Below, one piece after another: positions 41,370 through 55,449 of a DNA stretch of 64,000 nt. This DNA comes from Camelus ferus (lineage: Eukaryota): NCBI RefSeq assembly GCF_009834535.1, contig NC_045696.1, positions 85,500,001 through 85,564,000 on the forward strand. Reading direction: 5' to 3'. Numbering within the stretch: the stretch's first letter is position 1; every line of letters begins with the position of its first letter. The position numbers were made by a program, and so were the translations under genes. Under the pieces are notes generated by a model. The model did no database searches. It saw nothing but the letters and a program-made list of their open reading frames with translations, and was not told the DNA's origin.

Positions 41370-41435
41370 ATAGAATAGTATTTACCCAAACCAGTTAGAG
41401 GGAATGTGGATCATATGTCAATCACGTGTATCATA
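41370..41435 (-). pseudogene. Pseudo-exon
   Basis: CAG acceptor, GTGAGT donor, 66 nt, phase 1>1: *YT*LTYDPHSL*LVWVNTIL. Confidence 0.5.
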
Positions 41436-41589
41436 CTGTTCACAAATGATTTCTGTCTGTCTCTCTGTCCCTCTCTTAATGTGCCCCCACCCTCCCAGGG
41501 TAAATATCTAGTATGTTCCAATTATTCTTCCAGAGGTTGAAGACAGAGTGATGAAAAAGCAGGGAAAAAAAAGTCACTGTTCAAAATAG

Positions 41590-42550
41590 AATTTGTATTT
41601 TAGAAGAGAGAAAAATAATATACAAGTAAGATAAGTTCAGGTAATGATGAGTGATATGCATAAAATAAAACAGTGGATAAAACAGAACTCAGGTAATTCT
41701 TTAGATTGATTTTCAGGGAGGGTTTCTCTGAAAAGACAACACTGGACTGAGAATTGAATGAAAAGAAGAAGCTAAACATATGAAGATCAGAGGGCAGAGA
41801 GTTCCAAGCAGAAAGAAAAGCAGATACAAGCTTCAAGGGTGGAAATAAGTTTGCCATTTTCCCGAAACTTAAAGCATGATAGTAGGGTTAGAGCAAAGTC
41901 AGTGAGGAGAGGAGAGAGAGAAGCAATAAGACTGAATAGGGACAAAGTAACTACATCATGAAGAGACTTGCATGAAGCTTGAATTTTATTCTAAGTGCAA
42001 TAAGAAGCCATTGGAGGGTTCTGAGCAGAAAGATGCCATGAATTTTGAAAGATCACACTGGCTGTTGTGTGGAGAATGGCTAATTAGGGAGCAAAAGTAG
42101 AAACAGACAAACCATTAAATAGACTATTGCATTAGCCCAGATAAGCAAAAGATTTTTTGGACTAGGCTAGTAGCAAGGCAAACAAAATGTATTTTAGAAA
42201 GAAGCAAGATTTCCTGGTGTGCAAGGCATGAGAGATGAGAGAAAGACAATTAATGATAACTCACAGGTTAGCTTAATCAGCAGAGTGGACGTGATGTTAT
42301 TTATTAATATGAGTAAGACTGGGGGAGGAACATGGAAGGACAGTAGGAAGATGAGAGAATAATTATGTTTTGAGGCCTAAGTGGTGAGATCAAATATACC
42401 TTGTATATATAATTTGACCCTAAGAAGACAGATAAAGGCTGGAGAGTATTCACTATAGGTGATATTAGAAATTAGGGGAATGGATAGATCACCTAATGGG
42501 GAAAAGTTGATAGGAAGGAAAGGATGACCTAGGACCAAATTCTGGGACAT
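41590..42550 (-). mobile_element. L2 LINE fragment
   Basis: tttattctaagtgcaataagaagccattggagggttctgagcag...gaaagatcacactggctgttgtgtggagaatgg. Confidence 0.8.
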
Positions 42551-42834
42551 AGATATATTTAAACATTTTAAATTTATAAATTACACGTTTTTTAATTGCC
42601 TTGTATCTTGAGAAGTGTAAATATTCAGGAACCTTCAATATCCTTTGAGAATTTACAGATCATAGTTCTGAGGAAACCAAAGAACAAAGCTACTGGATCA
42701 AACCAAAACCAGATATTGAAATCATGTTCTCAATCAAAGGAGGTAACTCTGTGAGGGCAAAAACTCTGGTCACATCATTCAGAAGTACAACTATTACGTT
42801 TTCTGCACCCTTATTATTTTCTATAAAGAATTAC

Positions 42835-43092
42835 CATTTAATTTCTGATATATTATAAATATTATGTTATGGCATAACACTTCATTTTCTGAGAGCAGAA
42901 CTGAAATATCATTAGTACTGATCCAGGCAAGGAAATTCAGCAAAGTCATCCAGGTCATGCATTAAGCAAAACTTTACATTAAGAGATCTATTAGAATAGA
43001 CACTTCATTGCCTTCGGGAATTTAGGGGCTTCTTTTAAAATGCTGCTACTGTTGCAATACATATAGTATTTGATAAATTCCAATGTGAAAAT
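42835..43092 (-). pseudogene. Pseudo-exon (pore/S6-like)
   Basis: CAG acceptor, GTAATT donor, 258 nt, phase 1>1: FHIGIYQILYVLQQ*QHFKRSP*IPEGNEVSILIDLLM*SFA*CMTWMTLLNFLAWISTNDISVLLSENEVLCHNIIFIIYQKLN. Confidence 0.6.
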
Positions 43093-43903
43093 CTGTTTCA
43101 GCAGTTAAAACAATTAAATAAAACCCCAGCAGATTCAAAATAATCATTCACCAGCTTTTATTTATCTATGTATCTATCACCTAGTACACTGATATACAAT
43201 CCATAATAAATGAGTCAGTTTATATTATCCTCCAAATTTGATCTTTAAACAGCTTAAATATCTTCAAAATATTTTTTTTCATGTCTGGAAGAAAATATCT
43301 TACTAGTGTTATTACATTGTTCCCAAGACAACTGAAAAACAAAAATAATGAAGTGATTCTATTTAAATATCTGCCTAAATTAGGATAGCTCTTGGGGAAA
43401 GTGAAGATTGTGTTATAAGAAAAAAAGATCATAAGTATTTAGTGATAAATTAATTACTAGATACATATCTAGTATATATATATATATACACATATATGGA
43501 TATATACATAATGTATACTATGGAGATACATATATATATAATTTTTATGTAACATTTACAAAATTATATTTAAAAAAACAAAAAATGAATGGTTGTGGGA
43601 TCATTGGGGTGGGGGGAGGAGAGATGGGGCAATCATTGACACGAGAATGACCACGGGGGCTCGCTGTGAGCAGACTGATATGGCCTGGCCCAGGCAGGGC
43701 CGCCCCCAGCAGTATATACACATATACACTAGTATGTTTTCACTAGGAAATAACTAGTGAGTTGGGTTGTCAGCAGTGCCCATTTTGTAAAAATATGTGA
43801 CCGCATTCTGGCTTTGCATACTATAGGTGACGACAGACTGTACAGCCATAGCAGTGGGGATTTATCAGTGAAGACTGGATTTCTGGAACCAGGAAGTACT
43901 TAC

Positions 43904-43984
43904 AAATGGCAGCCAACTCATTTACAGTCTAACTCTGCTTTAGATTAGATAAGCTCAGTGGTGATCCTTCTTTCCAACAATGAC
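43904..43984 (-). pseudogene. Pseudo-exon
   Basis: TAG acceptor, GTAAGT donor, 81 nt, phase 1>1: HCWKEGSPLSLSNLKQS*TVNELAAI. Confidence 0.65.
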
Positions 43985-44698
43985 CTAACATAGTGGCAGT
44001 GAAAAGTATGGGAGCAGAGGAAAACAGTTTTAAAACTGAGACTAAAAAGAAAAGGTCTGAATTATTACATCAGGTTGATGAAAAGAAAATGAAGTATAAC
44101 CAAAAGCTGGTCACACTTAGTATGAAGGCATAGCTCACTTGAGAATTAGCTGCTCTGATCAAAAGGAGATTTTTTCTGTACATGGAGGTATAAAGAGATA
44201 AAAAGAAACACTTCTGTTTATCAACAATTTCAAATGCATTTCACCACTGCATAATTTCTACCTTTTCACTCTTTCCACTTATTCCCTCTTTAATGAAATG
44301 CATATTTATTCATTATTAGACATTTTTGATAGCTCAGCTAAATAAAAAGTACTTAAAAGCTGTGACTTTATTATCTATAAAGAAAACATAATTTCAATTC
44401 TTGTGCTTATATATTTTTTTAATTCTACCTACATTTACTGTAGTGTTTACAAAGCAAATCAGATTAACACATTTTGAAGATTTAATTAGGCATAGCACCA
44501 TTTGAGGTTTATTTGGATTTGTGAGGAATAATAAACAATAATCCTGTCCTCAAGCAGCTTGAAAATTGGTTAAGAAAACAAATTAAAATTATGTGGAAAT
44601 GTAATTCCAAAATAACAGGGTATATATTACAGTTTAAATACTTTAAAAAATTATTAATAAACTATAAGTAAATAATTATTAATAAAATATGAAAGGCA

Positions 44699-47600
44699 TC
44701 GGAAGTTTTAGGTGACGTCAGCAAGATAGTGGAATAGGCAGTTCCAGACCTCAAAACACCCACAAAAACACCAGTTTGAACAACTACCCACGAATAAAAA
44801 TAAATTTCTGGGAGTCCAGGAGCTCAGTTGAGAGCAAAATATCCAAGAATAGATGCAGAAAGAAGGTAAGAAGAACAATTTTACTTTTTTTGTGCCACTC
44901 CTGCCCAGGGTGGCACAACTCAGTGCCAAGGGAGACCCCCTAAGCTAGTGACTGCTCCCATGGGGAAACTAAGTGAGTTCCTGGCTTCCTCAGCCTTGTA
45001 AGGCACTGCCCAGGAGGCTCAATACTGTCTTAGCCCACACAGTACACGGAGTGAATCAAAATGGCTCAATCTTTTGGGGACGCCAGGAGCAGGAAAAAAT
45101 GGAAGGGGACTTCCAGGGAACATTCCCAAACTCACTTCATGAGACTAGCATTATCCTGATACCAAAGTCAGAAAAGGACACTACAAAAGGAGAAAATTGC
45201 ATGCCAATAAACCTGATAAATATAGATGAAAAAATCAACAAAATACTAGCAAACTGAATTTAACAGCACGTTAAAAGAATCATATACTTTGATTAGGTGG
45301 GATTTATCCCTGAGATGCAAGGATGGTTCATCATTTGCACATCAATGAATGTGATACATCACATTAACAGAATGAAAGATAAAAATCATGATCATCTCAA
45401 GAGACGTAGAAAAAAGCATTTGAAAAATTTAATATTTTTTCCTTAATAAAAACTCTAGAGAAATTCAGTATAGAAAGAATGTAACTCAACATCATATAGG
45501 CCATATTTGGCAAACCCACAGCTAATATCATATTTAACAGGGAAAAACAGAAAACTTTTTCGCTAAGATCATGAGCAAGACAGGAATGCCCACTTCTGCC
45601 ACTCCTATTTGGCATAGTATTAGAAGTTCTAGCCAGGTAAGTTAGACAATTTAAAAGAAAATAGAAGGCATCCAAATCAGAAACGAAGATGTAAAACTGT
45701 CTCTTTGAAGATGACATGATTTTATATACAGAAAACTCTAAAGACTCCTCTAAAAAAACTGTCAGAATAAACAAATTCAGTAAAATTGCAGGATACAAAA
45801 TCAACATACAGAAGTCAGTCATGTTTCTACACACTAACAACAAATGTCCAAAAAAGAAATTAAGAAAACAAACCAATTTATAATAGCATCACAAAGTAAA
45901 ATATTTAAGAATAAATTTAACTAAGTAAAATCTGTACATTGAAAACTATATATGATTGATGACAGAATTTGAAGACATAAGAATTAATATTGCTACAACT
46001 TCCATACCACCCAATGTGACCTACAGATTCAGATCAATCTCTATCAAAATTCCAATGGCATTTTTTTGCAGAAATAGAAAAAAACAATCCTAAAGCTCAT
46101 AAGAAACCACAAAGGAATACAAACAATCAAAGCAATCTTGAGCAAGAACAACGAAGGTGGAAGTATCATGTTCCCTGACTTCAAACTATATTACAAAACT
46201 ATAATAATTCAAACAATTATGCTGGCATTAAAGTAAATATATAAACAATTGAAACAAAACAGAGATATCAGAAAGAAAAAATATATATATACATAGACCT
46301 AACTGATCTGCCACAAGGGCTCTATGAATACAAAATGGGACAGTATAGTTCCTTCAATAAATGGTATTGAGAAAACTGGAAAAGAATGAAATAGGAAACT
46401 TTTTTTATCATTTACAAAAATCAGCTCAAATGAGTTAAAGATTTTTATGTAAGACCTGAAACAGTGAAACTTTTACAAGAAAACACAGAGAAAAAGCACC
46501 TTGACATTGGTCTTGGCAATATTTTGGGGGGTATAACACCAAATCACAGTAACAAAACAAAAAATAAAGTGGGATTACTCCAAACTAAAAAAATCTTTAG
46601 CACAGCAAAGGAAATTATTAACAAAATAAAAGGTAATCTATAGAATGGGAGAAAATATTTTTAAAATATATTTAATAATGAGTTAATATTCAAAATATAT
46701 AAAGAACTCATAAAACCCAAGGAAAAAAACCAAATAACCAACTGAAAAATGGGGAAAGGACTTGAATAGACATGTCAGAAAAAAAGACATACAAATGGCC
46801 AATAGGTATATGGAAATACTCTCAATATCATTAATCATCAGAGAAATGTAATTCAAATCCACAATGTTATATCACCTCACACCTTTTAGGATGACTACTA
46901 TTTAAAAAAAAAATGATAACAAGAGTTGGCAAGGATGTGGATAAAAGGGGATACTTGTGCACTGTTGGTGGGAATGTAAATTGGTGCAGCTGCTATGGAA
47001 AGCAGTATAGAGGTTTCAAAGTATAAACATAAATAGTTCTGCTTAAAAATAGAACTACCATATGATCTAGCAATCCCACTCTAGGTATTTATCCAAATGA
47101 ATTGAAGTTAGATTCTTAAAGAAATACCTGTACTCCTAAATTCACTGCAGCATATCTACAACAACCAAGATATGGAAATAACTTAACTGTCTAAATATAT
47201 GTCACGGAATATATATATATTTACATATCTATATTCTTATATATATAATAGAATATTATTACTTTGGAAAAAGGAAATCTGCCATTTTATTAACATGAAT
47301 GGACCTGAAGGATAATCATACTACATGAAATAAGCCAAGCACAGAAAGACAAGTTCTGTATGATCTCACCCATAAGTGGAATCTAAAGTAGTCAAATTCA
47401 GAGGAGCAGGGAGTAGAATGATGGTTACCAGGGGTGATGGGGAGGAGGAAATGGGGACATGACGGTTAAAAGGTACAGTGTTTTAGTTGTTCAAAATAAG
47501 TAAATTCTGTAGATTTACTACAGTGTACTGTCAATAACTAACAATACTGTATTAAAAGAAGGTAGAACTTATTGTTCTTGCCACACACACACACAAATAA

Positions 47601-47759
47601 TTAAAATAATATATGAGGAGATAGAAATGTTCGAGGATATGTCTATGGTCTTGATGGTGGTGACAGGGTGTGCACTACCCCTAAAGCACTGAGTTGTATA
47701 CATTAAATATGGACACCTTTTTTCATGTCAATTGTACCTCAATAAAGTGGTAAAAAAAG
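44699..47759 (+). mobile_element. Internally deleted LINE-1 (5' UTR joined to ORF2 RT to 3' UTR) with TSD
   Basis: 5' end gtgacgtcagcaagatagtggaatagg; ORF2 from ~45110; TSD atgaaaggca at 44689-44698 and 47760-47769. Confidence 0.9.
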
Positions 47760-47793
47760 ATGAAAGGCAAAAATCTTGACATATTTCACTCAT

Positions 47794-47941
47794 GTACAAA
47801 GTTTTAGGTGGGAAACAGCTATATGAAAACTCTGAGTTCATCTCCAGCGCTGTCAAAAGTTCTAATACTTTTGTTATCCATGTTTCTGGCTTTCTTTGCT
47901 TATGACACATCAAAGTAAAATAGGTGAAGAAAAAGCAAATC
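47794..47941 (-). pseudogene. Pseudo-exon (S5-like)
   Basis: ttttcttggcag acceptor; open phase-2 frame ICFFFTYFTLMCHKQRKPETWITKVLELLTALEMNSEFSYSCFPPKTLY (ORF 47728..47913). Donor degenerate. Confidence 0.55.
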
Positions 47942-48166
47942 CTGCCAAGAAAAAAGTTTCACCAAATCTAGCTCGGATTCAATTGATAGAAGCATAAAAT
48001 CAATTAATTCAACCATCATGCATTTGCATCTAATATGTGCAAGGCACAATGCTAGACATTTTTCTAATAAGGTTCTGAATACATTTTCTTACTTTGCTAA
48101 CTTACAAGATCAACAAAATATAGACTGCAGGAAGTGTGAAAAGAGTAGGCTCCCAGACTGACTTAA

Positions 48167-48233
48167 TTCAGAAAGGTCATTCATTTGTTACTCTCTATGA
48201 AAATGTTCAGGCTATTCTGCATACTAAACAGCT
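48167..48233 (-). pseudogene. Pseudo-exon (S4-S5 linker-like)
   Basis: ctaattcag acceptor, donor TTAAGT (mutated GTAAGT), 67 nt, phase 1>2: LFSMQNSLNIFIESNK*MTFL. Confidence 0.5.
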
Positions 48234-49549
48234 CTGAATTAGAAAGATTTATTAATTCCATAGAAACAAGGTTAAAATGTGAACATAATACAAACTGAAG
48301 CCCACCATCATTTTCTATGACAAGAGAGTAGCTGTAGTTTATAAATCAGGCAATTGTTTGAAGGCTTAAGACTTTTACTGGGAAAAAAAAAAAAACCCAC
48401 ACAAACAGTTAAGTTAAAATACTTAATTTTGTATTAAAAGAGCCAAAATCTCACCCTGTTTTTTTACAATGTTGTATTCTAAAATATAAATGAAAATGAA
48501 CACTTCATCTTAATAGTTGAAATAATAGTATATATGTTGTTAAGAATATTTCTATTTCTCTTGAATATGTATCTATAATCTGTCCTGTCCAAAATGGTAG
48601 CATTTTTTTGGATGATGCCACAATGTATAGCTTAACATTTATAATCTTTCAACTCCTATTGAATTATTTAATGATAATGAAGTGGCAGAAATGTATCAAG
48701 ATAAGGTATAAATATCACTATAGGTCTTGTTATATATAAATATATTGCATTTTATAAAAGAGTTATGTGAATTTATAGTGCCAATAGCAATAAATCAGCA
48801 CACTAGGTTGACCTTAACTATTCTAGAATTAGTTGTTATATATTTAAAAATATTGCTACTTTAATGAATATAAAATGCTGTTTCTCAAGGTTACTTTAAT
48901 TTACATTTTAAGTTTTTACAGAGGATGAATATTATATTTGTAAAATTAATTAATGTGTCTTCTGTAATTGTCTTTTCTTTTTCCTTTGTCTACTTGAATT
49001 TTTTATTAGTTTTTTTATAAATTGGGAGAAATGTTTCCATCTCATAAAAGTAGTGTCTAGTAACTTTACATATTTATTTTACATTTAATCTTCACATTAA
49101 ACTTAGACATAGGTATTATTAATCCCATTCAAGTAACTGAAATAAAGAAGTTTTAATAAGGCATAGTGAAAATCAAGATTAAGAAAAGGTCTAGGCAAAT
49201 TGCCTTCAAAGCCTATTTTCTTTCCGCCATATAACTTTGTCCCTGTATAATAAACAATGAATTTTACACTATATTTGATGTGGCTATTTTTCACTTTTTT
49301 GCTACCATTTTATTAAATATCCATTTTTCTATTTAATATAGGCAAACAAATAAAAAGCTTCTTATAATTGAGACACCATTTTTCTGGAAATTTTTAATGT
49401 GGTAAAAGTTGGGAGGAGAAATTCTTGAAAAATTGTAAAACAGAGATTAAAAACCTAGATTTGGGGAAAGGACTAGAAGAAAAAAAAAGAGTTACATTTA
49501 ATTTAGGCAAAATTCCATAAGGTAGGCATTTGTGGAAAGAGCATACTGT

Positions 49550-50750
49550 ATTCATTCAGCAAATATTCACTGAATATATAAATAATCTAGGAGTCAGGGA
49601 GATGAGGCAGAGTGCCTCCTTACACAAGTGAGTCACTGAAGTGACAAAAATTGTAATAAAATAAACAAATGCTGCCTAAATGTCAGAATAATTCCAAAAA
49701 GAAAAAAATTAATTTCTATAGACAAGGAGGAAATTATTTAGTGACCAAGGCAGAAGAGACTGTTCCAGGCAGAGGCAATGGCATAAACAAATAGATTAGG
49801 AAGGAATAGACATGATTGAAAAATGCTGAAAATCTCAGATCTATTGATGCTTAGATTACTGGGTTGGAAGGGAAGGGATGTGCTAGAGCAGAGCTTAACT
49901 ACCACTTATTGAATACCTCCTGTGTTCCCAACACTGTGATAGGCGTTTTGCATCCATTTTCTCTTAATTCTCACATTTCTTTGATTCTGTTTACAAATGG
50001 GAATCCTGTGCTCCAAATAAATAACTTGTTTAAGCTCACACACAACTAACTAGTTAAACTGGCTGCAACAGGTGCTAACCAAGTCTGTCTGACTACAGGG
50101 TCCCACTCTTTAAATATCATGTTTCTAGGTTTGTGAGAGGGCCTTTTAGATATTGTGATGTATTTAGGGTCAAATTACATTTAAATCAAGATCAGTAATT
50201 TAAGAATCAAATTAACAACAAATCAAATTAATGACTGCTTCTTGTAGCTGGAAGACTTGGAAAGTGAATAGCCTTTTAGAAAGCTAATGGGGGAGATCTG
50301 ACAAGAACCAATGGGAACCCCAACCAAGATGCCAGAAATCAGAATGGAAAGGAGGGGAAGGTTTCAAACCTACCTAAGTGTTAGGATAAGTAATACTTGG
50401 AGACTATTTACTTTTAAGCAATGAAGAGGAGAGAGAAATTAAGAGTAACTACTATTTTTCTAGCTTGGAAAAAATTGGTTGATGACAGATACGCTGTTGA
50501 AATGCTGTTAAAGAAGACTATAAATTCAGTTGTCTGATTTTGAATTTGTGGAATCCAGAGAATATAAATCTGGAAACATAGAAAATCAGTTCAAAATATA
50601 GGCCTGCACTTAAATGGGAGGTTAGATCTGAAGATGCACATTTTAGTCACTGGCCTGAGACTGCCTGTTAAAGCCACTGGGAAAGACCAAGCACTCAACT
50701 GAATGTGACCACAATGAAAAGATGACAGAAGAGAAGACTTTGGAAGTACC
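49550..50750 (-). mobile_element. L2 fragments with nested MIR (~49890-50115)
   Basis: ttcattcagcaaatatt L2 tail; tgttccaggcagaggcaatggc. Confidence 0.6.
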
Positions 50751-50865
50751 AGGAGAAACTCTGGCAGGCAGGGCTATGAAGATGGTGTAAGACTGAGAGG
50801 GATGGTAGGGATAGGAGTAAGCAAGAAGAGAACGAGGAAAGAAGGGACATCAAGAGGCCACTACA

Positions 50866-51808
50866 CATATGAAAAAAATGTTCAATAGTGCTAATTATTA
50901 GAGAAAAGCAAATCAAAACTACAACGAGGCATCACCTCACACCAGTCAGAATGGTCATCATTCAAAAGTCCATGAACAATAAATGCTGGAGAGGGTGTGG
51001 AGAAAGGGAACCCTCCTAAACTGCTGGTGAGAATGTAGTTTGGTGCAGAAATTATGGAAAACAGAATGGAAATTCCTCAAAAAACTAAAAATAGACTTAC
51101 TATATGATCCGGCAATCGCACTCCTAGGCATATATGAGGAGGGAGCTCTAATTCAAACAGATACATGCACCCCAATATTCATAGCAGCGCTATTTACAAT
51201 GACCAAGAAACTGGAATCAACCTAAATGTCCATCGACATATTACTGGATAAAGAAGCTCTGGTATATTTATACAATGTAATACTACTCAACCATAAAAAA
51301 TAATAAAATAATATCATTTGTAGCAACATGGATGAACCTGGAGAATGTCATTCTAAGTGAAGTAAGCCAGAAAGAGAAAGAAAAGACTATATGATACTAT
51401 ATAGAGTTAAAAAAAAAAAAAAAAGAGGACACCTAATGAACTCATTTACAAAACAGAAACAGACTTGCAGACGTAGTAAACAATTTGAAAGTTACTAGGG
51501 GAAATGGGGTGGGAAGGGATAAATTTGGGAGTTTGAGATTTCCAAAGGTTAACCACTATATATAAAAACAGATAGAAAACAAATTTCTCCTGTAGAGCAC
51601 AGGAAACTATATTCAATATCTTGTAATAATCTTCAATGAAAAAGAATATAAAAGAAGAATATAAAAATGAATGCATGTATGTATATGTGTGTACATATAT
51701 ATACATACACACATATATACACACGTATATATACATACACATGACTGGCACATTTTGTTGTACACCAGAAATTGACACATTGTGACAGACAACACTTCAA
51801 CTAAAAAA
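50866..51808 (+). mobile_element. Young LINE-1 3' end with 14-bp TSD, inserted into an older L1 3' UTR (continues 51823-52130)
   Basis: TSD aagaggccactaca (50852-50865) / aagaagccattaca (51809-51822); peptide [23 protein letters not shown]. Confidence 0.9.
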
Positions 51809-52383
51809 AAGAAGCCATTACAGAAGTTTTAAGAAGCAAATAAACTCCCAGCTATAAGATAAATAAGATCTGGGGATCTGATGCACAGTGTGGCGATTTA
51901 TAATTAACAGTACTGTGTTGTAAACCTGAAAGTTGTTAAGAGAGTAAATCATAAATGTTATCACCACATGTTCAAAATAATTGTAATTATGTGAGGAGAT
52001 AGAGGTGTTAACTTAACATTACTATGGTAATTATTCTGCAATTATATATGTGTATCTGGTCATCACATTGTACACCTTAAACTTCCATATGTCATATGTC
52101 AATAATATCTCAATAAATCTGGGAAAAATCTTTTGAAAATAAAGATCAAATGCCACAAAATAATTAAGCAGGTTGATGACAATAAAATAGCTATGGAATT
52201 TAATAACTAAGAGGGAGCCTTTATAACCTTAAGGAAAATACGTCAAATTTCTGTGTGGTGAAGCTTCGTGTTTAAGTTATATTTCTATAAATTATAGTTC
52301 TATTTAAAACAACAATGATAAGAATAATAGTAGTAACATTATTTGCATGGTATTTGACAATTTCCAAATATAGATGCTCATAC

Positions 52384-52723
52384 AGCCTTGTCTGAAGAAA
52401 AATCATTCTCTTTCTGGGAAAATTTCAGTCAGCTTTGAAGACAGTGAAATATGATCTAAGCCTCAAAGAAGCCAGGCCCTTCAACTCCAAACTCCACACT
52501 CTCAGATTCATAATAAAATGTTTCTTTTGTTCATTCATAGAAGCCCTAGTTTTTTTGAACATTGAGGTAGGTACTGAAGTTCAGCAGAATGAACCCCATA
52601 TTTGGCATTTGGGCTTGAATAATTCCTGGGCCTGGCGTGTACATGCTGTGTGAACCTAGTTCCCCTGTCTGAACAAGAGCATAATAATACTCTTCCTTGA
52701 GTGTGGCTGTGAAAATTAACAAC
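52384..52723 (-). pseudogene. Pseudo-exon
   Basis: ttgctttcag acceptor, GTATGA donor, 340 nt, phase 2>0: LLIFTATLKEEYYYALVQTGELGSHSMYTPGPGIIQAQMPNMGFILLNFSTYLNVQKN*GFYE*TKETFYYESESVEFGVEGPGFFEA*IIFHCLQS*LKFSQKENDFSSDKA. A second frame is also open over the first ~190 nt. Confidence 0.65.
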
Positions 52724-53486
52724 CTGAAAGCAAGTAAAAAACAATGAAAAGGAGCGATCACTAAGTAAATGTTTTCCTCTTTAAGTTCTATAAAATAAGT
52801 ATTATTTTCTTATTTTAAAATATGACAAGTTATTATTAACAATTACAGATTTTAAATTAGCTAAGCAGGTGAAATAAATACTGCTAAAACACTAGGTTTT
52901 TGTTTTTTTTTTTTAACACAAATCAAAGGAATGGGGCCATGTTCAAAATCAGAAAAATGTCCTGTTTCCAGTCTCTGTTAATTGCCTTAGAAGCTACCAT
53001 GTCTAAGTTTGGGTATTTCACATTTAAATTTTAGGTATGAAATAAATTACTGCTCTTCTAAGTATTCAATGATATTTTTTCAAGAGTCTTCAACATTTTC
53101 ATAAATACATAAGCATTTTGTAGGAATACCTGTGAACATTTTGCTATAGATGGAGATAATTACATTTTCATTTTCGGTATCTTTTATAAAAAATCACTTT
53201 TGAAGCAATGATTTTATAGAAATATTTAGAATTTTTAGTAATGGTGCTGCCTAATAGAAATGGAAAGAACTAAAACCAAGATTGTCTTTTTAGTTTTGCT
53301 CACAAATAACTTGGTGCTTCTAACAAGCCACCAAGTTTTATTTTAGAGATTTTTCTCAGACTAAAATAATAGCTCAAAAAGTATTACATATTATGTTCTG
53401 AGTATATTAATTTCCATATATTAAATCATTTAACCCTCTCAAGAAACATATGAGGCAACATTTTGTGGATAAGCAAATTGAAATAC

Positions 53487-53611
53487 ATGGAAGGTTTTTT
53501 AAGTTTACACTGCTTATAAATAATAAGCAGGATTAAAACCAGGAAATTCTGACAGCCACATTCTTCTGTGAACTCCTCTGTACAGTACATAAATAAAAAG
53601 CTGTCTTTTCC
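53487..53611 (-). pseudogene. Pseudo-exon (CNBD alphaA/beta1-like)
   Basis: Long T-tract + AAG acceptor; open frame GKDSFLFMYCTEEFTEECGCQNFLVLILLIIYKQCKLKKPSM(YF), overlapping ORF 53426..53722 (cf. PLF..C...F...F.PGDYIYKQG....MYFI). Confidence 0.6.
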
Positions 53612-55449
53612 CTTGTTAAAAAAAAAGAAAAGAAGAATTCTGACACTAGAGTTTGTGCCTTTGACCACTGCTTTCCTGCCCTCTGAGATGGCTGAAGCCA
53701 TAGAATTCAGGGACAGAGACACATCTGGAAACCCATCAGCTGCCCTCTCCCTTTAACACATGAGAGCAATGAGGCACAGAGAGGTTACGTAGTGTGTCAG
53801 GTTAGACCACAGCTAGAGCTAGACCTATAGCCCAGCTCCACCAACTTTCTAATACCTGTTTTACTACACTACCTCCCTTCTGAGCATAAAATCACAGTTT
53901 CACAAAACTAATTTAATAAAGGTTAATCCTGTAACTGCAGCTTCTAAGTGGCATAGAAAGGCATTATTATTGTTGTATACATTGACATACACAGTGAAGT
54001 GTCCTGAAATGGGTCCTATAGATTTTCTAATCCAAAACTGCTCCAGTTATCTTAAAAGTAAAGTTTGTATAGGTTTCCTCAGATTTTGAAATTCAGTAAG
54101 ATGATTCAGTATGAGACTGTAGCAGAGACTATTCCCATGTGCTCCTTGAGATTTTCTAGTCATCCTTGCAATTATGTTGTTCATGTGACTTGTCTATGTA
54201 ACTAACAGACAGACGAAATGTTAAGAAACTCACTGCTCTAGCAATTTAAAACACCCCATCAAGCCCTCTGGCTCTCTCTTCTGTCATGGTGACCTTGAAA
54301 GCCATGTTCTCCCAATTGCATGACTGAAAAACAGAATTAAACCCATTTGTCAGCATTAGATCCATTAAGTCAGCTTGAACTCATGAGTCAAGCCTTGAAG
54401 GAGCGACACCCAGCAAGACACCTTGTGTGAATCAGATAATGTCTCAGTGAGAAGTAAACATTTAAAGTATTAAGCCATTTGTAATTTGGGTTTTATTAGA
54501 TTCTTTGGCATACTCTAACCTATCCTGAGTAATACACATATTGCTTTTGGAAATGGAGTGTGAACATAGTGAAGAAACCTGTTTTTGTGGTAATTAGTTT
54601 ACCGAATGGATGGCAAGTAGTTAGGAAATTGGTATCAGAGGCTAGAGAGAGAGAGACGCATATTTTGCAGTAGTAAAACCTTTAGTATTACATGTCTGTG
54701 GTAACTTGTCCTTTTCTTACCAAATTCTCTTTACGGTCAGACTCCTGAACTCTAACATCTCTATCACTTCTACTACAGGAAGTTAATGGTGGAGTTTTCA
54801 CTGTGGACAAATAATTAAATTCTGAAAAGCACTTATAATCTATGTAAAATGGGGATTATGATAGCTGTTTCTCAAAGTTGAAGAGGAGAAATGACAAAAT
54901 ATTTGGAAAGCGCTTTGCACTAGTTAATATTTAGGTGGTTCTGAGAAACTTGAATGAAAGTAAAGAGAAAATGGTGAGAAGTGAACTGTGAGATAAACTA
55001 CATTTTTCTAGAAGAGATAAGATACTTCCAAAATAAATTCAAGTTTTAGTAGTATGAAATTAGCTAATGGAATCAGCATCTCCAATTACAATTGTAAGTG
55101 CAATTTCTATAATTAACATGAAAAAGTAAAGTTTTAAAAACCTACCTAGTGCACTTAGTAGTTCATTCATTTTGTATACATAATTAAATATATTGCTATT
55201 GCTTAAAAGCACAAATTTTGGAGTCCAAAAGATCTGTGTTTAAATTAGTATACTGACTAAATTACACTTAGTTACTTAGCCCTTCTAAGCTTCAATTTTA
55301 TCTAGAATGTGCAGATTAAAAAATTACTTCAATTGTTGGTTAAATAATTTGATAAAGTATGTTAATTTGTATATTTTCTGGATTACAAAAAGTGCTAAAA
55401 TATTGGTTAACTATTTTGCTGTTGCAGCACTGTCATGATCATCATCACC

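Noticed and set aside
48500..48655. Possible extra exon (ELKDYKC*AIHCGIIQKNATILDRTDYRYIF...)
   Set aside because: Acceptor and phase fit, but no usable donor was found, so it is not listed as a feature.
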